DNA of 41,846 nt from positions 11,671 through 53,516 of the forward strand of contig NW_025214872.1 of assembly GCF_004010195.1 (NCBI RefSeq). The letters are read 5' to 3'. A program made the position numbers and the translations under genes. This DNA is from Chiloscyllium plagiosum. Its lineage: Eukaryota. The notes under the pieces are model-generated. The model ran no database searches, was not told the origin of the DNA, and worked only from the letters and a program-made list of their open reading frames with translations. Below are positions 1-11,049 of the stretch, one piece after another. Numbering within the stretch: position 1 is the first letter of the stretch; each line of letters starts with the position of its first letter.

Positions 1-272
1 CACCCACACTCTCCCAGACACATGCACAGCAACGCACTAACTCCCCTGCATACTGCCCCAGCATCACACTCACTCCCCACTTACTTCCCCATCGTCACAC
101 TCATCTCCTGCACATTCTCTCGCTGCCATATCCTTCCCGCACAGACTCGCACACTGTCAAACTAACTCGACCGCACACTCCCCCACCACCACGCACACGC
201 GGTTGCACATTAACCATTGTAAAAGTCGCTCCAGAACCAATATGCACACTCCCTCACACACAGCCATCGCAT
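1..272. repeat. Degenerate C/A-rich minisatellite (~31-32 bp unit), left part
   Basis: Successive units such as cactaactcccctgcatactgccccagcatca and cactcactccccacttacttccccatcgtca; G-poor strand; the same motif resumes at ~1890. Confidence 0.75.
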
Positions 273-274
273 CA

Positions 275-1845
275 AAGAATATTTTTTGTCAGTATTCACA
301 CTGGAAGAAAGACGCTCGTGTCATGTAAAACTCTGGGATACTGGCTACTAGACAAAATGAGACTGAGGATCACAAGGAGGAGGTCTTAGCAATTCAAGAA
401 AGTGTGAAAGTTGGTAAGTCCCCTGGGGGAATGGGATTTACCTGGGATTGTCTGGGAACCGAGGGAACGGATTGTAGAGCGGTTGGCTTTGTTATTTATG
501 TCGTCATTGTCTTCAGGGATAGTGCCAGAAGACTGGAGGATAGCAAATGTTGATCCCTTGTTCGATAAAAGTGAGTCGAGTCAACCCTAGTAATTGTAGA
601 CCAGTGAGCCTTACTTCGGTTCTAGATAATGTGTCGGAACAGGTTACCAGATATGGGATTAAAATAATCAACCAATAAATAAGAATGATTAGTGATAGTT
701 AACACTGCTATGTGAAGGGTAGTTTGTGCCTCACAAATCTTGTGCAGATCTTTGACAAGGTGAGCAAACAGCTGGATGAGGGAAAGCGGTTTCTGAGTTG
801 CTTATGGATTTCAGTAAGGCGTTTGATAATGTTCCCCACGGTAGGCTGTTGCACAAAATTCTGAGTTATCGGATTGAGGATGACTCAGCGGTTAAAATCA
901 GAAATTGATTGGCTGACAGAAGATCGGTTGTAATGGTTGATGGGAAATTTTCATCCTGAAGATTTAGTTTTGAATGATGTACCGCAAGGATCTGTTTTGG
1001 GCCCACTGCTGTTTGTCTTTTTTGTATATAACCTGGATGAGGGTGGAGAAGGATGAGTGAGTAAAATTGCGGATGACACTGAGGTCGGCAGAGTTGTGGA
1101 TAGTGCTGAAGGATGTTATAAGTCACAGAGGGACAGAGATAAACCGTCGAGGTGGGCTGAGAGGCGGTAAATGGAGTTTAATTCTGAGAAGTGTGAGGTT
1201 ATTCACTTTGTAAGGAGTTACATGAAAGCAGAACACAGGGCTAATGGTCTGATTCTTGGTCGTGCAGATGAGTAGAGATATCGGTATCCATGTACAGAGA
1301 GCCCTGCAAGTTTTAACCCAGGTTTCTAACTTTGTTAAGATCCCTCTGGTGTGTTACCTTTTATTAGAAGAGGGATTGCAGCATGAGGTCATGCGGCAGC
1401 TGCACAAAACTCTGGTGAAGCTACAGTTGTAGTATTGGGGAAAGATCTGGTCACCGCATTATGGGAAGGGTGTGGAAGCTTTGGGAAAGGTTCAAGCAGA
1501 TTTACTTGGATATTGCCTGGTATGGAGGGAAAGTCATACGAGGAAGAACTGAGGGACTTGAAGGTCTTGACCTTGCATTCATTAGAGTAAAGAAAGATGC
1601 GAGGTGGCTTAACTGAGACATATACGATAATCAGAGAGTTAAATAGGGTGGGCAGTGAGAACCTTTTTCCTCGGATGGTGGTAACTAGCACAAGTGTACA
1701 TATTTTTAAACTGAGGGGTGATAGACGGAACATAGATATCAGAGGAAAGTCGTCTTTTTTCAGAGAATAGTAGGCGCGAGAAACAGCCTGCCTGCAACAA
1801 CAGTGGACACGCCAAATGTAAGGGCATTTAAGGAGTCAGATTAGT
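275..1845 (+). mobile_element. Old 5'-truncated CR1/HER1 LINE, reverse transcriptase region
   Basis: Collinear with 7236-8600: gaatatttttt..tcagtattcac, gactggaggatagcaaatgt, gatttcagtaaggcgtttgata, ccgcaaggatctgttttggg (PQGSVLG), ttgcggatgacac (ADD); many stops and frameshifts. Confidence 0.9.
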
Positions 1846-1889
1846 GTCACATTTCGGAGAAGCATCGAGAGCCAAATAACCACTCCTGT

Positions 1890-3754
1890 GCTGTTTTGTT
1901 CTATGATCTATCACACTCACTCAGCCACAAACTGCCATCCCATCGAACTCAATCCCCTGTACATTCTCACATCTAAAGTCTCAATCCACCACATAATCTG
2001 CCACTATCACACTCGCTCGTCCGCATACTGTGACACCATCACACTTCCCTGCACTCTTCACCACCGTCACGTTCATTCCCCAACACTATGTCATCCAGTT
2101 TTGCTCACTCGCCTGCACACGTCCGTAATGCCACATTCTCTCCCACATTCAATCCCCTGTCCATTCCAATCTTCTCACATTAACTCCGTTGTACATTCCA
2201 GCACTATCCGGCTCACTCTCCTGCACACTTCGACACCATCATGCACAGTCACAATACATTCCTCCATTTTCACTGTCACCCCCACACACACTCCGCCACG
2301 ATCACACTGATTATCTCTGCACATTCCCCACTTTCGCACTTTGTTCACAGCACTCTACACCACTATCACGCTCATTCCTCCACACACGTCTCCACGAGCA
2401 CCCTCACTTCACTGCGTTCTCAGTCACTGTGAAGCTCAGACCTGCGCACATTTCCCCACTGCCACTTTCGCTCCACTGATAACCGAACCAATGTCATGCT
2501 TACTCACCCAGACAAACACGCACCCTCATGCTCACTCCCCCGCATGCTCTCTCTTTTTCATGGACACTGTCCCACACAATGACCCACCATCACGCACCCT
2601 CTTCATGCACATCCCCAATGTGGGCGGCACGGTGGCACAGTGGTTAGCACTGCTGCCTCACAGCACCAGAGAACCAGGAGACTGACTGTGTGGAGTTTGC
2701 ACATTCTCCCCGTGTCTGCATGGGTTTCCTCCGGGTGCTCCGGTTTCCTCCCACAGTCCAAAGATGTGCAGGTCAGGTGAATTGGTCATGCTAAATTGCC
2801 CGTAGTGTTAGGTAAAGGGGTAAATGTCGGGGTATGGGTGGGTTGCGCTACCGGTCAGTCGGTGTGGACTAGTTGGGCCGAAGGGCCTGTTTCCACACTG
2901 TAAGTAATCTAATCCAATCTAAAAACTATCACACTCACTCAACCGCACTCAACAGAATTTCACAGCACATCTGCTTCACAGCCCACCACCACCAGAATCA
3001 CTCCTGTGCACACTTCCACATTGTCATGCCCGCTTGCTATAAACCCCAACACCCTGATCCTCATTCCCCCACACAATCCCCTACTGTAAGCTCCACTCTA
3101 TGCACAGGAAGACACCGACACTCTATTACTGTGCACAGGACAACACGGTCATGCTCACTCCCCTGCACTAACGCCCACTTCATGCTAACTAACCTGCACC
3201 CTCTCTAACCATCACACTCACTTCTCCACACACTAGCATACCAAAAAACCGACTCACTTGCAAACACTCTTAATGTCTTTCTGACTCTCTTACCACACCA
3301 TCATCCAACTGTCCCGCACATTCATTCATCGTCACGTTCACTCCCACATACCCTCTCCCACGGTCTCGTTAATTTAACTGAACACTCACCAACTCTCACA
3401 GTCACTCCCCCGAACACTACTCCGCCATCGCACTCATTTCTGCACACACTGTCACTCCATCACGCTCACTCCCCCGCACACGACTTGACCCTCACACTCA
3501 CTGTCTGTGCACCTGTCACCGTCACTCTCACTCCATCACTGACTCCCCGACTTCCATGCTTACTGCTCAGCGCACTCTACCATCGTCATGCTCACTCCTT
3601 CGCTAATTATCCCATGAATATGTACACTCCCCCAGTTACTCCACCAACACCACACACACTCCCCTGCTCTGACTCCAACAGTCATGGTCACTGCGCCGCT
3701 CACTCCCTCTCGATCATGCACACTCCTCCACTTATTACTCCACCATCATGCTTA
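1890..3754. repeat. Degenerate C/A-rich minisatellite, right part (runs into gap)
   Basis: Recurring cacactcactcccc(c)gcacac..caccatca motifs; explains the His/Thr/Pro/Ser-rich spurious ORFs. Confidence 0.8.
2622..2922 (+). mobile_element. HE1-type tRNA-derived V-SINE with internal deletion
   Basis: Head gggcggcacggtggcacagtggttagcactgctgcctcacag (A box), V-domain ggagtttgcacattctccccgtgtctgc..ggtttcctccgggtgctccggtttcctcccacagtccaaaga, LINE-like tail gggccgaagggcctgtttcc and (aatct)n end. Confidence 0.93.
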
Positions 3755-4331
3755 NNNNNNNNNNNNNNNNNNNNNNNNNNNNNNNNNNNNNNNNNNNNNN
3801 NNNNNNNNNNNNNNNNNNNNNNNNNNNNNNNNNNNNNNNNNNNNNNNNNNNNNNNNNNNNNNNNNNNNNNNNNNNNNNNNNNNNNNNNNNNNNNNNNNNN
3901 NNNNNNNNNNNNNNNNNNNNNNNNNNNNNNNNNNNNNNNNNNNNNNNNNNNNNNNNNNNNNNNNNNNNNNNNNNNNNNNNNNNNNNNNNNNNNNNNNNNN
4001 NNNNNNNNNNNNNNNNNNNNNNNNNNNNNNNNNNNNNNNNNNNNNNNNNNNNNNNNNNNNNNNNNNNNNNNNNNNNNNNNNNNNNNNNNNNNNNNNNNNN
4101 NNNNNNNNNNNNNNNNNNNNNNNNNNNNNNNNNNNNNNNNNNNNNNNNNNNNNNNNNNNNNNNNNNNNNNNNNNNNNNNNNNNNNNNNNNNNNNNNNNNN
4201 NNNNNNNNNNNNNNNNNNNNNNNNNNNNNNNNNNNNNNNNNNNNNNNNNNNNNNNNNNNNNNNNNNNNNNNNNNNNNNNNNNNNNNNNNNNNNNNNNNNN
4301 NNNNNNNNNNNNNNNNNNNNNNNNNNNNNNN
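3755..4331. other. Assembly gap (probably holds the GPCR TM6-TM7/C-terminus)
   Basis: Run of N; the GPCR frame enters it within TM6. Confidence 0.95.
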
Positions 4332-4925
4332 CATATGGAATACACCATTAACGTTGACCACAACAGGATGAAATTGGCCGAGATCACAAACAGTAAAATG
4401 ACAGATTTTTGCCGATTTCTCATTTCTGAATCACAATGAGCGTTAGCATTATTGTGAGTTCGGAGTCGCCTGCGGGCTCTGCTGGTCACCAAAATGTGTC
4501 TGACGGTGAAAACATTGAGCAGCAATATCAGAAGAAATGGGACAGCCAGGGTTAGAATGTGGTGGAGGAACTCGATTGGGATCCCGACTCGGGAGTAACG
4601 GACATCCTTTATAACATCACAAAACCAAGGGGCGTTCTCCAGCCAATACTTACCTGTGAACATAAAATACCAGAAAATGTTCTTCAAACAGCTCAGCACA
4701 GTCACTGTTCCGAGTACCACAGCCGCCGTCTTTTCACTGCAATATTTAATTTTCAGCTTCTGGCAACAAATGGCTATAAATCGATCAAAGGTGAAACTGA
4801 CGGTGACCCAAACAGAACAGTCAATGGCTGCATAAAGCAGGACAGCGTGGATATTACACACGGGGATGTAATATATGAAATGAAACTGTTCATAATACAC
4901 AAAAGGAAGGTGTCTCACTATCAAG
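4332..4925 (-). pseudogene. GPR139/GPR142-like class A GPCR, exon 2 distal part (end of TM2 to TM6)
   Basis: Open frame LIVRHLP..CNIHAVLLYAAIDCSVWVTVSFTFDRFIAICCQKLKIKYCSEKTAAVV..VPFLLILLLNVFTVRHILVTSRARRRLR..EMRNRQKSVILLFVISANFILLW. Shows a DRF variant of DRY, hydrophobic TM segments and family-typical CSVW.TV.FTFDRF.AICC. Interrupted upstream by CR1. Confidence 0.88.
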
Positions 4926-5302
4926 GAGTGCGAGCAGCAGCTGAGTTTATACAAACCCGGAAGGCTACAGCTAAGATGAGACAGTTTGTTTTAAAATTAC
5001 TTACCAGTAGCGGGCAGCGGTGTTTTTTGTTCTCTTCACAGAAAGAGCGGGAGCAGCAGGGGGAAGTGACGACGACCAGAGGGGCAGCGGAAGCTGCTGT
5101 GGCGCAAGCTTACCTAGGTAGGTTTTTTTTCCTATAAAAGCGCGCAGGAGAGGAACCCGAGGCACTATCGAGGTAGTGCCTCCCACCCTCCCTCCTCCTC
5201 TCACCTAATAATAAGACCCGTTGTGGAAAGTAGTTAATTGCTGCATTTTGCTTGTTGTATTGTTTAGACCTTTTTAAAAAAATAAACCTTACTTTTAGAG
5301 GG

Positions 5303-6237
5303 ATGGCAGTGAAGGCAGTGCAATGTTCCTCTTGAAACATGTTTGAGGTGAGGGATGCCATGGTCGTCCCTGCTGATTACACTTGCAGGAAGTGCACCCA
5401 TCTCCAGCTCCTCCAAGACCGTGTTAGGGTGCTGGAGCTGGAGTTGGATCAACTTAGGATCATTCGGGAGGCAGAGGGGGTCATAGATCGGAGCTTTAGA
5501 AAGTAGTAACTCCAAAGATTGCAGACAGATGGGTGACAGTGAGGGGGACTGGGAGGAAGCAGCCAGTGCAGGGAACCCCTGCGGCCGTTACCCTCAAGAA
5601 CAAGTATACCGTTTTGGATACTTCTTGGGGGGACGACTAACCAGGGGTAAGCAATGGGGTTCAGGCCTCTGGCACGGAGCCTGCTCCCATTGCTCAGAAG
5701 GGAAGGGTGGAGAAGAGCAGAGCAATAGTTATTGGGGACTCGATAGTTCGGGGCACAGATAGGCGGTTCTGTGGGGGCGAGAGAGACTCACGTTTGGTAT
5801 GTTGCCTCTCAGGTGCACGGGTACGTGACGTCTCTGATCGTGTTTTCCGGGTCGTTAAGGGGGAGGGGGAGCAGTCCGAAGTCGTGGTCCACATTGGCAC
5901 CAACGACATAGGTCGGAGGAGGGCTGAGGATATTAGGCAGGCTTTCAGGGAGCTAGGTTGGAAGCTCAGAGTTAGAACAAACAGAGTTGTTGTCTCTGGT
6001 TTGTTACCGGTGCCACGTGATAGAGAGTCCAGGAATAGGGAGAGAGAACAGTTAAATGCGTGGCTAACGGGATGGTGCAGGAGGGAGGGATTCTGGTATC
6101 TGGATAACTGGGGTTCTTTCTGGGGAAGGTGGGACCTCTATAAACAGAATGGTCTACACCTGATCTTGAGGGGCACCAGTAACCATGGGGGGAGGTTTGC
6201 TAGTGCTCTTGGAGGGGGGGGGGGGGGTTTAAACTAA
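5303..6237 (+). pseudogene. CR1 ORF1: zinc finger/leucine zipper plus SGNH esterase domain, disrupted
   Basis: MAVKAVQCSS*NMFE..YTCRKCTHLQLLQDRVRVLELELDQL (two CxxC, one Cys lost to TGA, then Leu heptads); after a frameshift IVIGDSIVRG, SGARV, VHIGTND, NGLHL (GDS/G/N/H blocks). Confidence 0.9.
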
Positions 6238-6349
6238 CTCTTCAGGGGCATGGGAACCTAGACTGTAGCTTTAGGGTACAGGACCTGGGGTGTAGGGAGG
6301 TTAGGAACATGGCATCAATCTCATAGGAGGGTGCCTGTAAACGGAAAGT

Positions 6350-7040
6350 GGCTTGATGTGTATATAATTCAATGCAAGAATTACACAAAATAAGGTAGGT
6401 GAACTTGCAGCGTGGGTTGGTACCTGGGATTTCGATGTTGTGGCTATTACGGCGACATGGGTAGAACAGGGACAGGATTGGCTGTTGCAGGTTCCAGGGT
6501 TTAAATGTTTTAGTAGGGTCAGAGGTGGGGGTAAAAGAGGGGGAGATGTGGCAGTGCTTGTCAAAAATAGTATTACAGCGGTGGAAAGGACGATGGATGA
6601 AGACTCGCTATCCGAGGTAGTTTGGGTTGAGGTTAGGAATAGGAAAGGTGAGGTCACCCTGTTAGGAGTTTTCTACAGGCCTCCGAATAATCCTAGAGAC
6701 GTAGAAGAAAGGATTGCGAGGATGATTCAAGAGAAGAGTGAAAGTAATGGGGTGGTTGTTATGGGGGACTTTAACATTCCAGATATTGACTGGGAAAGCT
6801 ATAGCTCGAGTTCGTTAGATGGGTCGGTGTTTGTCCAATGTGTGCAGGAGGGTTTCCTGACACAATATGTAGATAGGCCAACAAGAGGTGAGGCCATACT
6901 GCATTTGGTTCTGGGTAATGAACCAGGCCAGATGTTAGAATTAGAGGTAGGTGAGCACTTTGGGGACAGTGACCACAATTCGGTGACCTTTACTCGAGTG
7001 ATGGAGAGGGATAAGTGTGCACTACAGGGCAAGAGTTATA
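6350..7040 (+). pseudogene. CR1 ORF2 apurinic-like (APE) endonuclease domain
   Basis: FNAR, AITATW, GVFYRPPN, VMGDFN, RPTRGEAILHLVL, GDSDHN motifs. Confidence 0.92.
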
Positions 7041-7106
7041 GAGGACCTGAAGAGAGAGCTAAGAGCAGCAAGGAGGGGACATGAAAGGTCCTGAGTTGGT
7101 AGGATT

Positions 7107-8630
7107 ATGGAAAACCCTAAGGCTTTCTATAGGCATGTCAGGAATAAAAGAATGACTAAGGTAGGAATAGGTCCAGTCAAGGATAGTAGTGGGATGTTGC
7201 GTGTGGAGGCTGAAGAGATTGGGGAGACACTGAATGAATACTTTTCGTCAGTATTCACTCAGGAACAGGACATTGTTGCCGATGTGAATATTGAGTCACA
7301 ATTAATTAAAATGGACGGTTTTGAGGTATGTAGGGAAGAGGTGTTGGACATTCTGGAAAGGGTGAAAATAGATAAGTCCCCTGGGCCTGATGGCATTTAT
7401 TCTAGGATTCTCTGGGAAGTAAGGGAGGAGGTTTCAGAACCATTTGCTTTGACTTTGATGTCCTCGTTGTCTACAGGAATCGTGCCAGCAGACTGGAGGA
7501 TAGCAAATGTGGTTCCCTTGTTCAAGAAGGGGAGTAGGGATAACCCTAGTAACCATAGGCTGGTGTGTCTGACTTCTGTTGTGGGCAAAGTCTTAGAGAG
7601 AATTGTAAGGGATAGCATTTATGAACATCTGGATAGGAATTATGTGATTAAGGATAGTCAGCATGGTTTTGTGAAGGGCAGGTCGTGCCTCACAAACCTT
7701 ATTGAATTCTTTGAGAAGGTGACTAAGGAGGAAGACGAGGGTAAAGCAGTAGATGTGGTGTATATGGATTTTAGTAAGTCGTTTGATAAGGTTCCCCATG
7801 GAAGTCTACTGCAAAAAATACGGAAGCTTGGTATTGAGGGTGAATTGGAGTTTTGGATTAGGAATTGGCTGGCTGGAAGAAGACAGAGTGTAATAGCTGA
7901 TGGTAAAGGTTCATCTTGGAGTGCAGTTACTAGCGGTGTTCCGCAAGGATCTGTTTTGGGACCATTGCCGTTTGTCATTTTTGGAAATGACCTGGAGGAG
8001 GGGCTAGAAGGTTGGGTGAGCAAGTTTGCGGATGATACGAAAGTCGGTGTAATTGTTGACAGTGAGGAAAGATGCGTCAGGTTACAGCGGGATATAGATA
8101 AGTTGCAGAGCTGGGCAGAAAGGTGGCAAATGGAGTTCAATGTAGGTAAGTGTGAGGTGATTCACTTTGGTAAGAGTAACAAAAAGACGGGGTACTGGGC
8201 TAATGGTCGGATACTTGGTAGTGTGGATGAGCAAAGGGATCTTGGTGTCCATGTACACAGATCTCCGAAAGTTGCCACCCAGGTAAATAGTACGGTNNNN
8301 NNNNNNNNNNNNNNNNNNNNNNNNNNNNNNNNNNNNNNNNNNNNNNNNNNNNNNNNNNNNNNNNNNNNNNNNNNNNNNNNNNNNNNNNNNNNNNNNNNNN
8401 NNNNNNNNNACCATGAGGACCTTTTTCCACGTATGGAGTCAGCTATTACGAGGGGGCATAGCTTTAAATTAAGGGGTGGTAGGTATAGGACAGATGTTAG
8501 GGGTAGGTTCTTTACTCAGCGAGTCGTGAGTTCATGGAATGCCCTGCCAGTAGCAGTGGTGGACTCTCCGTCTTTATGGGCATTTAAACGGGCATTGGAT
8601 AGACATATGGAGGATAGTGGGCGAGTGTAG
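7107..8630 (+). pseudogene. CR1 ORF2 reverse transcriptase and C-terminus (gap 8297-8409 inside)
   Basis: KSPGPDG, WRIANVVPLFKKG, SQHGF, DFSKSFDKVPH, GVPQGSVLGP, KFADDTK, TRGH..FFTQRVVSSWNALP; separated from the APE by a deletion and frameshift. Confidence 0.95.
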
Positions 8631-8714
8631 GTTTGGTGGGCTTGGATCGGCGCAACATCGAGGGCCAAAGGGCCTGTACTGCGCTGTGTTTTTCTATGTT
8701 CTATGTTCTATAAG

Positions 8715-8826
8715 TCAAGAATAATGACCAGTAGATCTTCCACTGTCATAGCACCCAGGTAATGGTTGACACACGGAGACAATCCACAATCTTTCGCAAG
8801 GAGGACATAGATCGTCACGATGTTAA
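8715..8826 (-). pseudogene. GPR139-like GPCR exon 2 proximal part (end of TM1 to TM2)
   Basis: Minus strand tttgtttgttttccatcctcacag|TT AAC.. (acceptor AG at 8828-8827, phase 1) translates (V)NIVTIYVLLAKDCGLSPCVNHYLGAMTVEDLLVIILD and continues in frame into LIVRH at 4925. Confidence 0.9.
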
Positions 8827-9339
8827 CTGTGAGGATGGAAAACAAACAAATTATGCATCATCCTGGAGACAACTTATCCGTTTGTTTGATGACCCAGTGA
8901 CATTTTCGATAATGTCACTGCGTTCAGAAATTTATTAAAATAAATGGACCTGAAATAACAAATTGGAAGTTCTGAATTAATGACAAAATTGTGTCATTAA
9001 CCGCAAGAAACCTTCCCTCCCCAAGCACACGGAGATACATTCATTAAAAAAAAGATGCTTTCTCGAACATTCCCACATACCTGATCACTTGAGAGTTTAA
9101 ATACGGAGGGGAAAAATTTTGCCGTCTGAAGGATTCTCACCCAGTTCCTTAAAGACAACCGCACATTGGAAATTTCTGTCTTTTAGACTAAATTGTGATC
9201 GATCCTCTGTCGTGTAGATATGTACACGCAGGGAAAATGTATTCACCTCTTTAAATGCCCGAACTGGACCTGCTTTCAATTGCAAAAGGATATCTCCCCT
9301 CCGGATCTTTTCTTTTGTTCAAATCACTGACGTTCATAA

Positions 9340-9666
9340 ATACTGTCAGTGAAAGAGTATTCCTGGGAATGTCAGTTACAGGATGTTTTGGAAAATGTTG
9401 GTTATAGAGTTTTCCAGAGAAGGTCAGTTATAGAATGTTCTGGGAAAATCATTTATCCATTGTTTCAGAAAATGTAGGTTGCAGAATGCTCTGGAGAATG
9501 TCGGTAATATAATGTTCTGGTGTATGTCAGTTGTAGAATGTTCCGGGGAACGTCGGGTATAAAATGTTCTGGACAATGTCAGTGATAGAATCTTCCAAAG
9601 GATGTCTGTTACAAAGTGTTCAGGGGAATGCCAGCTATAGAATCGTGGGGAATGTCAGGTCCAGAA
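9340..9666. repeat. 26-bp minisatellite, about 12 diverged copies
   Basis: ggagaatgtcggtaatataatgttct / ggtgtatgtcagttgtagaatgttcc / ggggaacgtcgggtataaaatgttct / ggacaatgtcagtgatagaatcttcc in direct succession. Confidence 0.9.
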
Positions 9667-10119
9667 GGTAATAGTGTCATGAAGATCCACATCACAAACG
9701 CATTTCTGCCTATTCAGTTTACTGAGACTCACTCACCTTCACGGTGGGAATCTCTCCCAAACCTCAACTGGCACTTTGCTCCAAAAGCAATATGGTGAAG
9801 ACAATATCTCGATCATTTGATGAAAAATCCTTTTTTACAATCATGCAGACGCCATCCCTTATTCCGAGATCTCCCCCACCTCCTTTAAGTTGTTTGTATA
9901 ATACTTCAAAATATGAAATGTTTTCTATTTTCAGTTTCCAATAACAGTCATCCTGCAATCAGGTCTCGCTGATGCCATTAAATCATATGAATTTCCCCTC
10001 AAAGTATGAAGTGAATTCCTTGATCTATTTTGAGGATACAACACAAATTTTGATAGAAGACCTTTCGTTCAGTTTTTTAACCCAATAATCCCTGCTTCAT
10101 TGTTCCCTTTATTCCTCAT

Positions 10120-10920
10120 AATGACCAATCAGGAAAAAAAGGATGAAATTCTCAGACTCACAGAATCAGTACTGATAGGCAGTGTTTCACGAAGCTCCAT
10201 CACGATCCCTGGGCAGATGCTGTGCCACTGATAGGGCAGACCCACCACTGGGTGTACCGTGGTCTGCATTCAGGGTCTCAGATATCTTGGAATTGCTGAA
10301 CATTGATTCCAGAACTCGAGAAATCTCATGGCAGCAGTTCTCGGAAATCTCCTGAGTATGGACATCCATTGTCGTCCACACCAGCCTTTGTTGATCAATA
10401 TGTCACTATTGATGAAGAAAATAAATCAGAAGAAACGCAGAGTGTGGCAATGACACAGAGCGTACTGTGGGTCTGAGACTTCAATGTTGATCACCAAGAG
10501 TGTCTCCAAAATCTCACCAATGATTTAGCAGAGCAAGGACTTAAACACATAGCAGCCAGACTGTGGGAACTGATGGATGAGCCAACAAGAGGAATACATT
10601 CTCACCAAACTACTTGTCACAAATGGATGTGACCAAAACAACATCTGGAGGAGCAGCCAACACATAGACCTGGCGCTGTGAATTTCTCAGCCTCATATTG
10701 AAGATACCGCCTACTCTGTTATCTTGCCAAGTTGGACATACGTCCAAGGGACCGAGAAACTGGAAACCCGGCATTCATGAGGCACTGTGGGCTACCAGCA
10801 GCTGCAAAATCAATGTCCTTGTCTCCATCATAAAGTCAGAGGTGAGCTGTTTCAAAACGTTGGTTTCAAAACGTTCGGCACCACTCACAACTACACCTAC
10901 ACTGAAGCACACCATTCAGC
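10120..10920 (+). mobile_element. Highly decayed LINE endonuclease fragment of a second CR1/L2-group family
   Basis: Remnant motifs ITIPG (atcacgatccctggg), LWV*DFNV.HQE (ctgtgggtctgagacttcaatgttgatcaccaagag), EPTRG; related sequence at 30250-30660. Confidence 0.55.
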
Positions 10921-11049
10921 GAATCAAGAGTTTTAAACAGCAACAGAATGAGGCCATTCAGCCATTCGAGGCTGTTGCTCAGCAATTCGAGCAGATCATG
11001 TAATCCCTCATGTCTGTCACATAGGGAATGTAAAGAAACATTTAGACTT

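Larger units (their letters stand above)
4926..8711 (+). mobile_element. Near-full-length, relatively young but defective CR1-clade LINE
   Basis: 5'UTR, ORF1, ORF2 (APE + RT), 3' stem-loop gggccaaagggcct and (ttctatg)n tail; aag repeated at 4923-4925 and 8712-8714. Confidence 0.96.

Noticed and set aside
1888..3754. His/Thr/Pro-rich ORFs of 60-140 aa
   Set aside because: By-product of the C/A-rich minisatellite; overlapping frames are all open and no domain is recognisable.
4926..4960. Cryptic acceptor (actcag) in the antisense CR1 that might rescue the GPCR
   Set aside because: Weak pyrimidine tract, phase 2 rather than phase 1, and its use would drop TM2; there is no GT donor at the other junction.
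5707..6237. Stand-alone SGNH hydrolase host gene
   Set aside because: It is the esterase domain known from CR1 ORF1, in its normal position before the APE domain.
4559..8140. Opposite-strand ORFs over the GPCR and CR1 (e.g. 4559-5137, 7658-8140)
   Set aside because: Shadows of real coding frames with no independent evidence.
9075..9285. Minus-strand donor CAG|GTATGT near 9080 as GPCR exon 1
   Set aside because: The upstream sequence gives no TM1-like or N-terminal peptide in the frames I read.
9340..9666. CRISPR-like array
   Set aside because: Contiguous tandem units without unique spacers, no cas genes, eukaryotic context.
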